IMG/VR virus record: IMGVR_UViG_2524614649_000001
Direction: 5' to 3' (one strand)
DNA from: a virus
Taxonomy: Duplodnaviria > Caudoviricetes
Length of the DNA: 64,000 bases
The notes beneath the pieces are model-generated. The model was given only the letters and a program-made list of their open reading frames with translations, was not told the origin of the DNA and searched no databases. A program made the position numbers and the translations under genes. Below are positions 1 through 8,937 of this stretch, piece after piece. Position 1 is the stretch's first letter; each line of letters opens with the position of its first letter.

Positions 1-1209
1 TTAGGCCCGCTTCAGCGGGATGACCTTTTCGGCCTCTGTCACTGCGGTGTCACTAAACGCCCCCGGAGCCAGGGCTTCGATCTCGTTGACGATCTCGCCG
101 ACGATGCCCTTGACCAGCTGCAGATACGACGGGCTGAACGGCGCGTAGAGCTCCGACACGGCATCGACGACGCGGTGGCCGAGCCATGCTTCGAGCTGGT
201 CGAGCGGCTTGTCCCGAGCCTCGAGCCGCTGGCGGACGAGGTGAGCCATCGACCGGCGGATCAGCTTCAGGCCGCTGGCGCCGTCGCCCGGCAGGCCGAG
301 CTCCGACGACATCGCGGCCATCGACTTCTTCGCGCTGCCGACCACGAGGAAGCCCTTGTGGTTGAACAGCCACTGGCCGCGCTCGACGATCGGCACCGTC
401 GCGCGGACCTTCTTCGTCTGGCGGCGGCCGGCGGGGTTGAGGTGAACGATGCCGTGCTGGGCGTCCCACTGCTTGCGGCGCGGGTCGATCGACAGCTCGT
501 GGGCGGCGTCAGGCCGCGCCATCGTCAGCACGCTGACGCGCAGGAACGCGAGCAGGTTGTCGCGGCGCTTCTTCGGCGTCAGCGCGTAGGCGAACATGGC
601 GGCGAGATCATCGATCGTGGCGCGGTAGCTGGGCGTCCGGTTGAGGGTCTTCACCTGGATCGTCTTGAACTGCGGCTCTTCCTTGACGCAGCGCATGGCC
701 GCGGCGAGCTGCAGGACGCTGTTCTCGACCGTCGAGAGCGCGCGATCGCGCACGTTGCCAGCTGGGCTGACGACGGGGATTTGCTCGTTCCACGCGCGGA
801 AGCGGGCGATCCACGCCTCGTCGACCTGGCTGCAGAAGATGTCGGGGCGGGCTTGTGTCTCAAGGAACGAGACGATGTGGTCGAGCCGGGCGGCGATGGC
901 CTTGTAGCTGGGCTTCGACTTCGAGGTCGCGAGGTGGACCTCGATCGCTTCGAGGACGGTGAATTGCTTGCCGGTGTCGTAGGGTCGGCGGCACGTTGGG
1001 CAGCACTCGACCCCCTTGGTCAGCTCGAGATATTTGTCGTCGAGCTTCAGCTTGCCTTCTTCAATCGAGAGCGTACCCGTTGAAGAGTATCGGTTCCCTC
1101 CGGCGGTTGGGTCATACCAGGTGATCTCGAGGCTTGGCCGGCCTGGCCGTTGGACGAGCTGGAGGTTCCCCCGCTGATAGTGGACTGTCGCAGATTTCTT
1201 TCGAGGCAT
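1..1209 (-). CDS. int: Tyrosine recombinase / phage integrase
   Basis: Catalytic pattern R (TMARPD), KLIRRS (HxxR variant), LGH...Y (WLGHR...SELYAP); N-terminal arm and core-binding regions. Confidence 0.92.
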   Translation of the reverse strand: MPRKKSATVHYQRGNLQLVQRPGRPSLEITWYDPTAGGNRYSSTGTLSIEEGKLKLDDKYLELTKGVECCPTCRRPYDTGKQFTVLEAIEVHLATSKSKPSYKAIAARLDHIVSFLETQARPDIFCSQVDEAWIARFRAWNEQIPVVSPAGNVRDRALSTVENSVLQLAAAMRCVKEEPQFKTIQVKTLNRTPSYRATIDDLAAMFAYALTPKKRRDNLLAFLRVSVLTMARPDAAHELSIDPRRKQWDAQHGIVHLNPAGRRQTKKVRATVPIVERGQWLFNHKGFLVVGSAKKSMAAMSSELGLPGDGASGLKLIRRSMAHLVRQRLEARDKPLDQLEAWLGHRVVDAVSELYAPFSPSYLQLVKGIVGEIVNEIEALAPGAFSDTAVTEAEKVIPLKRA

Positions 1210-1361
1210 GTTTCCCTCTGCAGTTCAGCGGCTTTCGCCTGGATGAGCTCACCGACACCGATCGCGTTCAGCAGATCGAGTGCGTCCGCTTCGAGGCGGA
1301 TGCCCTTCGCCTTATCGGTCTGGTTCGACCAATGACGAGCGATGTCGGTGAGCGCAACCAT
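1047..1361 (-). CDS. Hypothetical protein overlapping the integrase 5' end
   Basis: Coupled to the upstream gapR-like stop; the last ~54 codons overlap int in another frame. Confidence 0.55.
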   Translation of the reverse strand: MVALTDIARHWSNQTDKAKGIRLEADALDLLNAIGVGELIQAKAAELQRETCLERNLRQSTISGGTSSSSNGQAGQASRSPGMTQPPEGTDTLQRVRSRLKKAS

Positions 1362-1606
1362 TAGGCGATGCCCAGCGCGTTGCGATAGGTTTCGAGGAGC
1401 GCGTCGATTTCCTGCCGCTTGTGCGGTTCCATCGCGCGCAGCTTGACGATCGTCTTCATGATGGACGTGTCATAGCCGTTGGCCTTCGCCTCGGCGTAGA
1501 CGTCCTTGATGTCGTCGGCGATGCCCTTCTTCTCCTCTTCGAGGCGCTCGATGCGCTCGATGAAGAGCCGAAGCTCGTCGGCTGCGACGTTGGTCTCGTC
1601 AGACAT
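1361..1606 (-). CDS. gapR: GapR/DUF2312 family nucleoid-associated DNA-binding protein
   Basis: [35 protein letters not shown] matches the DUF2312 signature; RBS AAGGAG. Confidence 0.92.
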   Translation of the reverse strand: MSDETNVAADELRLFIERIERLEEEKKGIADDIKDVYAEAKANGYDTSIMKTIVKLRAMEPHKRQEIDALLETYRNALGIA

Positions 1607-1703
1607 TCAAATCTCCTTGTTGATGACGAGGGCTTTGCCGCGAGTGCGGCGGGGGTCTCAATGAGGAAGGGGGCAAGTGACCAAGTCACTCGCCCCCTTC
1701 GTG

Positions 1704-2717
1704 TCAGGCCGGATGGAGACGTTCGTCGATGAACTCCCGGACGTAGCCGGGCACCTCCTTCAGGTGTTCGTCGAGGATTGCTTTCCAGTCGAACGTGCCG
1801 AGCTTGTCGGCGACCGACGGCTCGTCGTTCTCAAGCTCCGATATGCGCTTGCCAGTGAGCTGCAGACAGTCGAGGCCGATCGGGAGCTCGTCGCCATCGC
1901 GGAGCAGGACGCGGACAGCCTTGTCACGCAGGTCTGCAGGGTCGGCAGCGGCGAGCTCTTCGACGGTGAGGGTGACATAGAGGTCTCCGTTCGGGTCTTC
2001 GGCGTGGGTGTAGGGCTCCAGCGAGCCGGTGCAGGTCACTTCGACGCCGCCCAGCTTGTAGTCGCCCTCCAGATGCCAGTGGCCGGTGATGATGCGGGCG
2101 TTGGGGAAAAGCTCGCGGATCAGCTGCGCGGGCACCAGGTAGGTGTCGTCGCCGCCGAAGCTCTCCAGATCGTGGTGCAGGACGACGAGCGGGACGTGCT
2201 CGCTCTCTCCCATCGCCTCAATCTGCTCGACGACGGGCTTGCCCCACTGCCACGGTACGCACGCGATCTGCTCATAATCGCCGCAGTCGATGAAGGTCGG
2301 CTTGTCGACGACCCAGATGTTCGGGTGATCGTCGCCGATCAGGCGACGGAAAAGCTCCCACGCGCCGATCGAGCCCAGCTGGCGGCTGCGGTCGTGGTTG
2401 CCAGCCATTGCGACGTAGGTGCGCTTCGGGTTGTTCTGGGCGGCGTTGAGATAGGCGTCGGTGGCCTCGAGGATCGTGGTGAGGCTCACCTGCGGGTGGT
2501 CGAACAGGTCACCGACCATGATGTTGATGTCGCAGTCGGTGGCCAGCTCGTCCTTGAACTTCTGGAGCTGACGTGCTTCGCGCTCACCGCGTCGGTCGAG
2601 GGGGACCCCCGTCTCGAACTTGCGTCCGAGATGGGGGTCGCCGATCAACCAGACCGTGACGCCGGAGGGGGTTTCAACTTCCATGCGGTCTCCCTTCAGG
2701 AAATTCCCAGCGGTCAC
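1704..2717 (-). CDS. Calcineurin-like metallophosphoesterase (Mre11/SbcD-like nuclease)
   Basis: GDPHLG, GDLFD, GNHD, HHD, GHWH motifs. Confidence 0.88.
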   Translation of the reverse strand: MTAGNFLKGDRMEVETPSGVTVWLIGDPHLGRKFETGVPLDRRGEREARQLQKFKDELATDCDINIMVGDLFDHPQVSLTTILEATDAYLNAAQNNPKRTYVAMAGNHDRSRQLGSIGAWELFRRLIGDDHPNIWVVDKPTFIDCGDYEQIACVPWQWGKPVVEQIEAMGESEHVPLVVLHHDLESFGGDDTYLVPAQLIRELFPNARIITGHWHLEGDYKLGGVEVTCTGSLEPYTHAEDPNGDLYVTLTVEELAAADPADLRDKAVRVLLRDGDELPIGLDCLQLTGKRISELENDEPSVADKLGTFDWKAILDEHLKEVPGYVREFIDERLHPA

Positions 2718-3288
2718 AGACCGTGGTGTCGGAGGCGGGATAGGTGACGGGGATGAAGATGGTCCCGCCGCTGCCGTCGATTATCGGCTGGAGCATCACA
2801 AACTCGTCCGAATGTTCGACGTGCGATTGGAGGCAGCGTCCCTTGTCGACGCAGCCCGCGAGGGTCAGGCCAGCCGCCGCGGCGGCCGCCAGACCAAACC
2901 GGCCGACTTCGCGCCGGCCATTGGTGAGCGTCACGAAGCAGTCCTCGTTGGGGAGGAACTCCCGCCACGTCGGCATCCACGGCCCGCGGAAGGACAGCAC
3001 CCAGGTGCGGCCTTCGTCGCTGTCGACCTTGTGGAAATCGCTGCGGCGCGTGACGAACGGGCGCCAGCTGGGCTCGTGACGGCGAACCGAACCATCGAGC
3101 ATGGTCTCGGTCAGGCCGCCCTTCAGCACCCAGCTGATGCAGTTGAAGGCGTGATTGTGGAAAGCCTCGCGGCTCTGGCCGTCGAAGCGAAGCAGCACTG
3201 CCGAGCAGAGCCGCTTCGCCTCGAACAGCCAGTAGCCGGTCACGGTGCTTTCCGCGCCGCCGTCCTTCTCGCGGAAGAACGCCCTCAT
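2674..3288 (-). CDS. Cupin-fold protein fused to a lipoprotein-like C-terminal segment
   Basis: FHNHAF...FHKV cupin His motifs; internal hydrophobic stretch ending in the lipobox LAGC. Confidence 0.7.
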   Translation of the reverse strand: MRAFFREKDGGAESTVTGYWLFEAKRLCSAVLLRFDGQSREAFHNHAFNCISWVLKGGLTETMLDGSVRRHEPSWRPFVTRRSDFHKVDSDEGRTWVLSFRGPWMPTWREFLPNEDCFVTLTNGRREVGRFGLAAAAAAGLTLAGCVDKGRCLQSHVEHSDEFVMLQPIIDGSGGTIFIPVTYPASDTTVCDRWEFPEGRPHGS

Positions 3289-3881
3289 GCGGCCTGATCC
3301 TCGGGCGGGAGGATTTCGTGGAAGATGCCGTTCTGCGCGCTGAACAGCTGCTTGAGCTGGTAGACGCAGTCGAACAGCGCGTTGTGCTTGTCACCGGCCG
3401 GCGGCGTCACCCACGAGAGATCGGGTTCCTTGCCGTCCTGGCGGAACAGGCCCGCCTGATACGAGCGCAGGTCGCGCGCCTCGTTGAACCTGAACGGCAT
3501 CGGCATGCCATACTGGTCCATGTAGCTCTGGATGAACCAGAAGTCGAAGGTGCCCCGGCTCCAGAAGCGGAGCTGGCCGTGGCGGCAGACGAACTCCCAG
3601 AACTCGCGGATCACGAGGCTGGGCTCTTCGGCGGCGGCGAGGATGCCGCGCAGGATTTCCGGCTTCTGCTGGCCCCACCAGCGCCGCGTTCCTTCGTCCC
3701 AGAAGCGGTTGGCGGGCAGTTCGAGGCAGCGGTTGAACGGCTGGCCGACGGCGCCCGTCTTCAGATTGAAGGGCAGCGCGGCGAGCTGGATCATGCCGGT
3801 GTGGTAGGGGTTGGTGCCGGTCGTCTCGATGTCGACCATCAGGTCGGTCAGCGGCTCGTCAGACAGGCGAGCGATCATCAT
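3285..3881 (-). CDS. DEDDh 3'-5' exonuclease (Rv2179c-like)
   Basis: DIETTG, WSRGTFDF, HNALFDC; start moved to the ATG at 3881 (ATGA overlap). Confidence 0.88.
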   Translation of the reverse strand: MMIARLSDEPLTDLMVDIETTGTNPYHTGMIQLAALPFNLKTGAVGQPFNRCLELPANRFWDEGTRRWWGQQKPEILRGILAAAEEPSLVIREFWEFVCRHGQLRFWSRGTFDFWFIQSYMDQYGMPMPFRFNEARDLRSYQAGLFRQDGKEPDLSWVTPPAGDKHNALFDCVYQLKQLFSAQNGIFHEILPPEDQAA

Positions 3882-4285
3882 AGGGTCCACGGGGTCAGGT
3901 CCTTGAATTTGACGGACTTGGCGCCGTCGGCACACAGGGCAGCGAACTGCTGCTCCCGCATGACGAACCACTCGCCGAGGCCGTAGCTGAAGATGTAGAA
4001 GTCGTAGCGACCGCCGACGCGGGCCATCTTGAGCGCCGCAGCGCGCTGCGACGGCCGGATGTCAGCGAACGGGAAGCTCGTCGCGCTCTGGACCGACTTG
4101 ACCTCCGCGTAGAAGGTCTGCTGGTCCTTGGTGACGAGATAGTCCGAGGGCTTCGGGAAGTCGCCGACCTTGCGCCCACCGTTCAATCCGGTGAGCGCCT
4201 TCTTGTCGGGGAAACGGTAGAGATCGTCAGCGCCTATGCGGAGCTCAAACGCCTTTTCCGCCGCGGTGCCGTCATTCGACGCCAT
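3878..4285 (-). CDS. PD-(D/E)xK nuclease, RecU-like Holliday junction resolvase
   Basis: PSDYL...FYAEVKS...IRPSQ motif. Confidence 0.75.
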   Translation of the reverse strand: MASNDGTAAEKAFELRIGADDLYRFPDKKALTGLNGGRKVGDFPKPSDYLVTKDQQTFYAEVKSVQSATSFPFADIRPSQRAAALKMARVGGRYDFYIFSYGLGEWFVMREQQFAALCADGAKSVKFKDLTPWTL

Positions 4286-4493
4286 CGTCGTCCGCATCCT
4301 TGAACGCCATCACAAGCGCGAACAGCGTCAGCAGGACGAAGAACATGCGGCACCCGGTCGTCCATGCGGCCGGGTTCATGTCCCAGCTGACGAAGGCGGT
4401 GACGAGGTAGGCGGCGGCGACGATGATGGCGCTCGCGAAAAGCACGGCGAGTGCATAGATGGAGCGGCTCACCTGCTCCTGGTTGTCGTTCAT
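4272..4493 (-). CDS. Small two-TM membrane protein
   Basis: Two hydrophobic helices; RBS GAGGA lies inside a hairpin. Confidence 0.7.
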   Translation of the reverse strand: MNDNQEQVSRSIYALAVLFASAIIVAAAYLVTAFVSWDMNPAAWTTGCRMFFVLLTLFALVMAFKDADDDGVE

Positions 4494-4573
4494 AAATGGG
4501 GGTTCCTCATATCGTTGAGGAACCCCAGTAAGCTCACGGAGTCCGACGCTGCACGGACATAGGCGGGAGTGAC

Positions 4574-4738
4574 TTAGTCAGTCGGCTCGAGGATGCGATC
4601 GCCCACCAACCAAGGGCCCTTGTCGGGGTCGGCGAGCGTGCCGATAAAGTGCCAGGTCGAGCCGTTGAAAGCCGCCGGCTCCCAATCGTCGCTCTCGTCG
4701 TTGAATTTCGTCCAGTAGAAGCCGGGTTCGCGTTCCAA
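4574..4738 (-). CDS. Hypothetical protein (EREPGFYW...)
   Basis: TTG start at 4738 with GAGG RBS; Trp-rich small phage protein. Confidence 0.65.
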   Translation of the reverse strand: MEREPGFYWTKFNDESDDWEPAAFNGSTWHFIGTLADPDKGPWLVGDRILEPTD

Positions 4739-4739
4739 A

Positions 4740-5039
4740 TTATTTCCTCTTGAGGCTGACCCGCTGGCTGCGGGCCGCGAGCCTCGCCACGGAGCGGCGG
4801 GGCACGACATATTCGTTGGTCAGGATCATGGGGGCGCGCCCTTCGACGACGCCCCCGGTGTGCGGGATGGTTTTGTTCTCGGTGGCGAAGTCGATCAGCT
4901 GCTTGGCCGCTTTCTCGACTAGCTGCTTCGCCATGTTGCCGATCACCTTGTCGGTGAAGTCGGCAACCGTCTTGCGATCGAGGCCGGTCTTCTCGACCAG
5001 CTCGTCGATCAGCTTCTCGTGTTCAGCGGTGCGCGTCAT
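4740..5039 (-). CDS. Hypothetical protein
   Basis: ATGA overlap with the polymerase stop; typical codon usage. Confidence 0.7.
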   Translation of the reverse strand: MTRTAEHEKLIDELVEKTGLDRKTVADFTDKVIGNMAKQLVEKAAKQLIDFATENKTIPHTGGVVEGRAPMILTNEYVVPRRSVARLAARSQRVSLKRK

Positions 5040-7723
5040 GCTGCCATCCTTGCATCTGCGACGAACTTGACGACACGAGCCACGATGTCGTCGGTGAGAG
5101 CCGACCCCTCCAGCTCTTTGGCGATCAGTCCCTCGATATGCGGGGCTTCGTCAAGTTCGATCTGGCTGAAGGCCGGGTTCTTCTCGTCGTAGGGCTTGAA
5201 CGTCCGCCCGACCGAGACCGTGCAATGCAGCGGCAGCGTCGGGTAGAGGTCCTTGTGGTCAGTCATGCACCAGCGCAGGACCGGAATGAACTCCGGCACT
5301 AGGTCGCGATGGACCGACCAGACGAGCTCGTCGTGGATCGGCACCATGAAGCGGACCTTGCCCTGCCAGCCGCGACGTTCGATCTCCGCGAGCACCCGCA
5401 GGATCGCCCGCTTGGCGAGCGCGGCGCAGCTGCCCTGAACCTTGCCGTTGACGGCCTGGTTCTTCGCGCGGCTCTGGATGCGCTTCAGCGCCAGCTCGGC
5501 GTAGGCCAGCATTGCGGGGGACGCCGAGATGTCGGCGAACTTCCGCATCATGCAGGCGTGCCAGGCCGGCGTGGCTTCGAGGCGAACGCGGCGATGGTGG
5601 TCAGGCAGCTGCACGAAGCCATATTCCACGGCCTCCTGCTGCGTGCGGACCCGCCACGCCTCGGCGAGAGGGAAACGAGTGCGGTAGCGGTCGACCGCTT
5701 CCCACATCTCGTCCGGGGACCAGCCGAGGTTCATGCCGACGGTCGAGAGCGAGCCGGAATACCAGTAGTTGAAGTTGGCGCCCTTGCCGACCGGCGTGCC
5801 GCGGGTCAGCTTGTGGAAGTCCTTGGGCGTCATCTCCTGGCCGGTGAAGATGTGCTTCAGCACACGATTGTTCGGGTTCCGGCCGAACTTGAACTCGCGA
5901 TATTCCTCCTCGGTCAGGCCAGGGAGTGTCTTCACCGCGAGGCAGTCCGCTGCGGCGCCCGAGTGCAAGTCGCCGTAGGGCAGCTGGCCGAACACTTCGC
6001 GAAAGCCGTGGTCACCGCTCTTCTCGCCGATGTCGACCAGCTCAATCGACGACCAATCGGCCGACACGACCAGATGGTCCTCGTCGTCGCCGAGATAGAA
6101 GCCCCGGACATATTTGCTTTCGGAATACTTCGAGATCGCCATGACGTTCGGGAACGAGATGGCCATGCGGCGCGTCGCCAGCATCGAGGACAGCGACGGG
6201 TAGACCCGACTGGTCTCGGGGTCCATCAGCTGCGTGTAGGGCGTCAGGTAGAGCTTCACGGTCTGCTCGACGTCCGCCATGCGCTGATAAGCCTTGAGGA
6301 CCTCGATCGCCCGCTCGTCGCCGGCCTTCTCGGCCTTGAGCAGCATCTTGCCGCGCGCTTCCTTGTCGGTGCTGATCTCGCCGTCGAGATAGACGAGCGG
6401 CAGACCCATCAGGTCGTGCAGGATCATCCGCATGCCCTGGTAGTAGACCGGGTTGAGGCGGTTGGCGGGGGTCTTGACGCCGCGCTCGTTGGCCCACGCG
6501 TCGCCGACCGGGTTGGCCGACTGGATCAGCTGCTCGAAATCGTCGGCGCTGTTGGGCGAGTTCGCCCAGTCCTCGATCCGCTTCCGCAGCTTCTTCCAGT
6601 TGTCCTTCGAGGCGCCTGTGTCCTTGTCGTAGCCCTCATACCATTTGCCCTGCTTCTCGATGAGCTTGGCGTTCGGTTCGTCGGGGAACGGCAGGTAGGC
6701 TTTGACGAGCGGCTTGAAGCTGCGGAGAACGTCGGCCATCGCCGCGCGCTCCATGTCGCGACGGGTGTAGACCTCGGAGAGGTCCAGCCGCATGCCTTCA
6801 CGCCAGCTGTCGGCGAACACCTTCACCATCGGATTTTCCTGGGTGAGGAAAGTCTTCAGGAGCTCGGGGTTCGACCGGAGCATGTCGTCCTTGAGGTGCT
6901 GGAAGACGCGGACGGCCCAGTAGGCGTCGTCGGCGCCGTATTCCACGACCTGCTCGCCGGTCAGCTGGCCCATGTGGGTCGCGCCGGCCTTCTTCAGGAC
7001 CTCGTCGTAAGTCGTCATCTTGAACCCGAACAGGCTCTGGACGAGCTTCTTCAGGTTGTAGCCGAAGGCGATCTCGCTGACGAAGCCGTTGTAGCTGTGC
7101 GCCGCGGTCGAGGTCTTGCCGATGAAGAGCGACAGCAGCTCCTGCTGCTCGCTCGACAGGCTCCGGCCGCGCGTCTCCGGATCGTAATTGGCGAAGGCCC
7201 GCTCGATGTTGCGGGTGTGCTTCGCGAAATTGGTCAGCGGCGTCGCGTAGAAGATCTGCGGATCGTACTCGTCGGGGCCGTGGTGGCTCACCGCCAGCTG
7301 CAGGGTGCAGAGGACGTTCGCCAGCTTCACGCCGAGGCACTGCTGGAACATGCACAGTTCGAACGGCGCGTTGTGCGCGAGGATCAGCGCGTCTTCGCGG
7401 ATCGCCGAGAGCAGCACGTCAGCCTTGCGGCGCGGCAGGCGGTTCTCGACGTCGGCGTGGGCCAGGTTGACATACCAGGCGGTGTCCGACCCCTCGGCGT
7501 AGAACGAGAAGCCGGTCATCGTCGTGCGGCGATGATCGAACACCCACCGCTTCTTGTTGCGGTAGTTCTGGATGCCCTCGTGGGCGGTGTCTTCGTCGGT
7601 GGTTTCGCAGTCGAGACCAAGGACGACGGCGGTCTCGAGATCGTCGAGCGCCTGTTGAAAGTCCGCTTCGGAGGACCGCTTATCTAGCAGTCGGCTGGCA
7701 ATATGCACGCAGGTATTCCTCAT
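5036..7723 (-). CDS. polA: Family A DNA polymerase with 3'-5' exonuclease domain
   Basis: ExoI DCET, ExoII HNAPFE, ExoIII YGADD; motif A ADWSSIEL, B KGANFNYWYS, C IHDEL; alternative GTG start at 7708. Confidence 0.96.
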   Translation of the reverse strand: MRNTCVHIASRLLDKRSSEADFQQALDDLETAVVLGLDCETTDEDTAHEGIQNYRNKKRWVFDHRRTTMTGFSFYAEGSDTAWYVNLAHADVENRLPRRKADVLLSAIREDALILAHNAPFELCMFQQCLGVKLANVLCTLQLAVSHHGPDEYDPQIFYATPLTNFAKHTRNIERAFANYDPETRGRSLSSEQQELLSLFIGKTSTAAHSYNGFVSEIAFGYNLKKLVQSLFGFKMTTYDEVLKKAGATHMGQLTGEQVVEYGADDAYWAVRVFQHLKDDMLRSNPELLKTFLTQENPMVKVFADSWREGMRLDLSEVYTRRDMERAAMADVLRSFKPLVKAYLPFPDEPNAKLIEKQGKWYEGYDKDTGASKDNWKKLRKRIEDWANSPNSADDFEQLIQSANPVGDAWANERGVKTPANRLNPVYYQGMRMILHDLMGLPLVYLDGEISTDKEARGKMLLKAEKAGDERAIEVLKAYQRMADVEQTVKLYLTPYTQLMDPETSRVYPSLSSMLATRRMAISFPNVMAISKYSESKYVRGFYLGDDEDHLVVSADWSSIELVDIGEKSGDHGFREVFGQLPYGDLHSGAAADCLAVKTLPGLTEEEYREFKFGRNPNNRVLKHIFTGQEMTPKDFHKLTRGTPVGKGANFNYWYSGSLSTVGMNLGWSPDEMWEAVDRYRTRFPLAEAWRVRTQQEAVEYGFVQLPDHHRRVRLEATPAWHACMMRKFADISASPAMLAYAELALKRIQSRAKNQAVNGKVQGSCAALAKRAILRVLAEIERRGWQGKVRFMVPIHDELVWSVHRDLVPEFIPVLRWCMTDHKDLYPTLPLHCTVSVGRTFKPYDEKNPAFSQIELDEAPHIEGLIAKELEGSALTDDIVARVVKFVADARMAA

Positions 7724-7907
7724 ACATTTCTTCGAACCGACCGGTGGTCAGCGCGATCTCTTCAGCGGCATCGAGCTTGTTCTCGACGACGACGTTGGCC
7801 AGCGTGGTGGCGGCCATGTTCATGAGCGGCAGGATGATGTCTTGGGCCGTCACGCCTTGCTCGGCGGCTTCGCGGACGGCGCGGTCGATGATTTGGTGGA
7901 AGGTCAG
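7680..7907 (-). CDS. 75-aa protein missed by the ORF track, probable CTG start
   Basis: Read by hand: LTFHQIIDRAVREAAEQGVTAQDIILPLMNMAATT...QPTAR*; CTGA overlap with the upstream stop, GGAG 9 nt upstream, G/C-ending codons. Confidence 0.6.
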   Translation of the reverse strand: MTFHQIIDRAVREAAEQGVTAQDIILPLMNMAATTLANVVVENKLDAAEEIALTTGRFEEMYEEYLRAYCQPTAR

Positions 7908-8716
7908 AGGAAAAATCTCCGGAAGAGGTCGTTGGCGGCCTCGCGGTTGAGGACGCCCGGCTTCATCCCTTTGTTGAGGGTGTCCTCGGGAACCGGGATG
8001 AAGCGGGTGATGGAAATGGCGCGGCGGGCCTCGTCCAGCATGGCCGGATCGAGGAGCAGGTTGCGAGCCCGGGTGGGCAGCTTGAGCTGGGCGACCAGCT
8101 CGGTGTTGGCTTCGTCGACCGCGCGCTGCAGGAGCCGCCGGTCGGGCAAGGAAAGGCTGTCCCAGCTCTTCAGGCCGAAGCCCGGGACGCCCTTGATGTT
8201 GTCCGACTTATCGCCGACGAGCGCCTTGAACAAGGGGATGTGGTGCGGCTCGCAGTTCGGGATGCCGGTCGGCCGGATGCCGTCGATGATGACGTTCCGG
8301 TATTGCATCAGCTGCCAGTAATCGAGGTCGTTGGAGTAGACCTTGACCTTGAGGTCCGCCGACTTGCCGTAGACGTTCCCGCCGACCTGGCGGCTCACGA
8401 AGCGGTGGACGAGCGCGCCGACCACGTCGTCGGCTTCCCAGCCGTCGCACTCGACCTGGATCGCGTTCGAGTGGGTCAGCGCCTCACGGAACACGCCGAT
8501 CTGGGCGAAGCGGTCTTCAGCCATCGGCGTGCGCTGCGCCTTGTAGTCGGCGTAGATGTCGCGGCGGCGCTGGTTGTGGTTGCGCCCGTCCCAGCACCAG
8601 ATGTGAACCGCGCCGTCGTTGCACAGTTCGAAGCGTCGGCGAAGGCCGATGCGCTCGTGACCGACCTTGTCGAGGTCGCGCAGCATGACGTTGTTGCCGT
8701 CGTAGATATGGATCAT
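7904..8716 (-). CDS. 5'-3' exonuclease / FEN-like protein (RNase H-type)
   Basis: YDGNN, WDG, YKAQR, EADD, SNDLD, GDKSDNIKGVPGFG. Confidence 0.93.
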   Translation of the reverse strand: MIHIYDGNNVMLRDLDKVGHERIGLRRRFELCNDGAVHIWCWDGRNHNQRRRDIYADYKAQRTPMAEDRFAQIGVFREALTHSNAIQVECDGWEADDVVGALVHRFVSRQVGGNVYGKSADLKVKVYSNDLDYWQLMQYRNVIIDGIRPTGIPNCEPHHIPLFKALVGDKSDNIKGVPGFGLKSWDSLSLPDRRLLQRAVDEANTELVAQLKLPTRARNLLLDPAMLDEARRAISITRFIPVPEDTLNKGMKPGVLNREAANDLFRRFFL

Positions 8717-8937
8717 TGAAGTGCTCCGAGAGCGCGCAGCTCCTTGCGGACGTAACCGGCCGTGTTCTTCTCGGCACGGCGGTCGCTGTAGCTGCAGGAG
8801 AGGATGACGAAACGGCTCTTGCCGCCGTATTTGATGACAGCGCGGGAGTGGCCGCCGCGCTTCGGCTTGACGAACTCTACCTCGACACCGGGAATTGGGT
8901 CGGTCAGCTTCAGGACGGCTTGGCGTTCGTCACGCAT
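8713..8937 (-). CDS. Small basic HicA-like (dsRBD fold) protein
   Basis: GGHSRAVI...SCSYSDRRAEKN pattern resembles HicA-like phage proteins. Confidence 0.5.
   Translation of the reverse strand: MRDERQAVLKLTDPIPGVEVEFVKPKRGGHSRAVIKYGGKSRFVILSCSYSDRRAEKNTAGYVRKELRALGALQ

Noticed and set aside
1704-2717. Complete SbcCD/gp46-47 nuclease
   Set aside because: No SMC-like ATPase partner in the window
5309-7687. Long antisense ORFs (e.g. 792 aa here; also 10072-11790, 24498-26192, 41579-43690, 45384-47411, 47939-50242, 51170-52882)
   Set aside because: Shadow frames of high-GC genes: Arg/Gly/Val-rich, no motifs, mirror the real ORFs
8713-8937. HicAB toxin-antitoxin pair with the RHH at 56288
   Set aside because: Genes are 47 kb apart in opposite modules; the RHH lacks the HicB RNase-H-like domain
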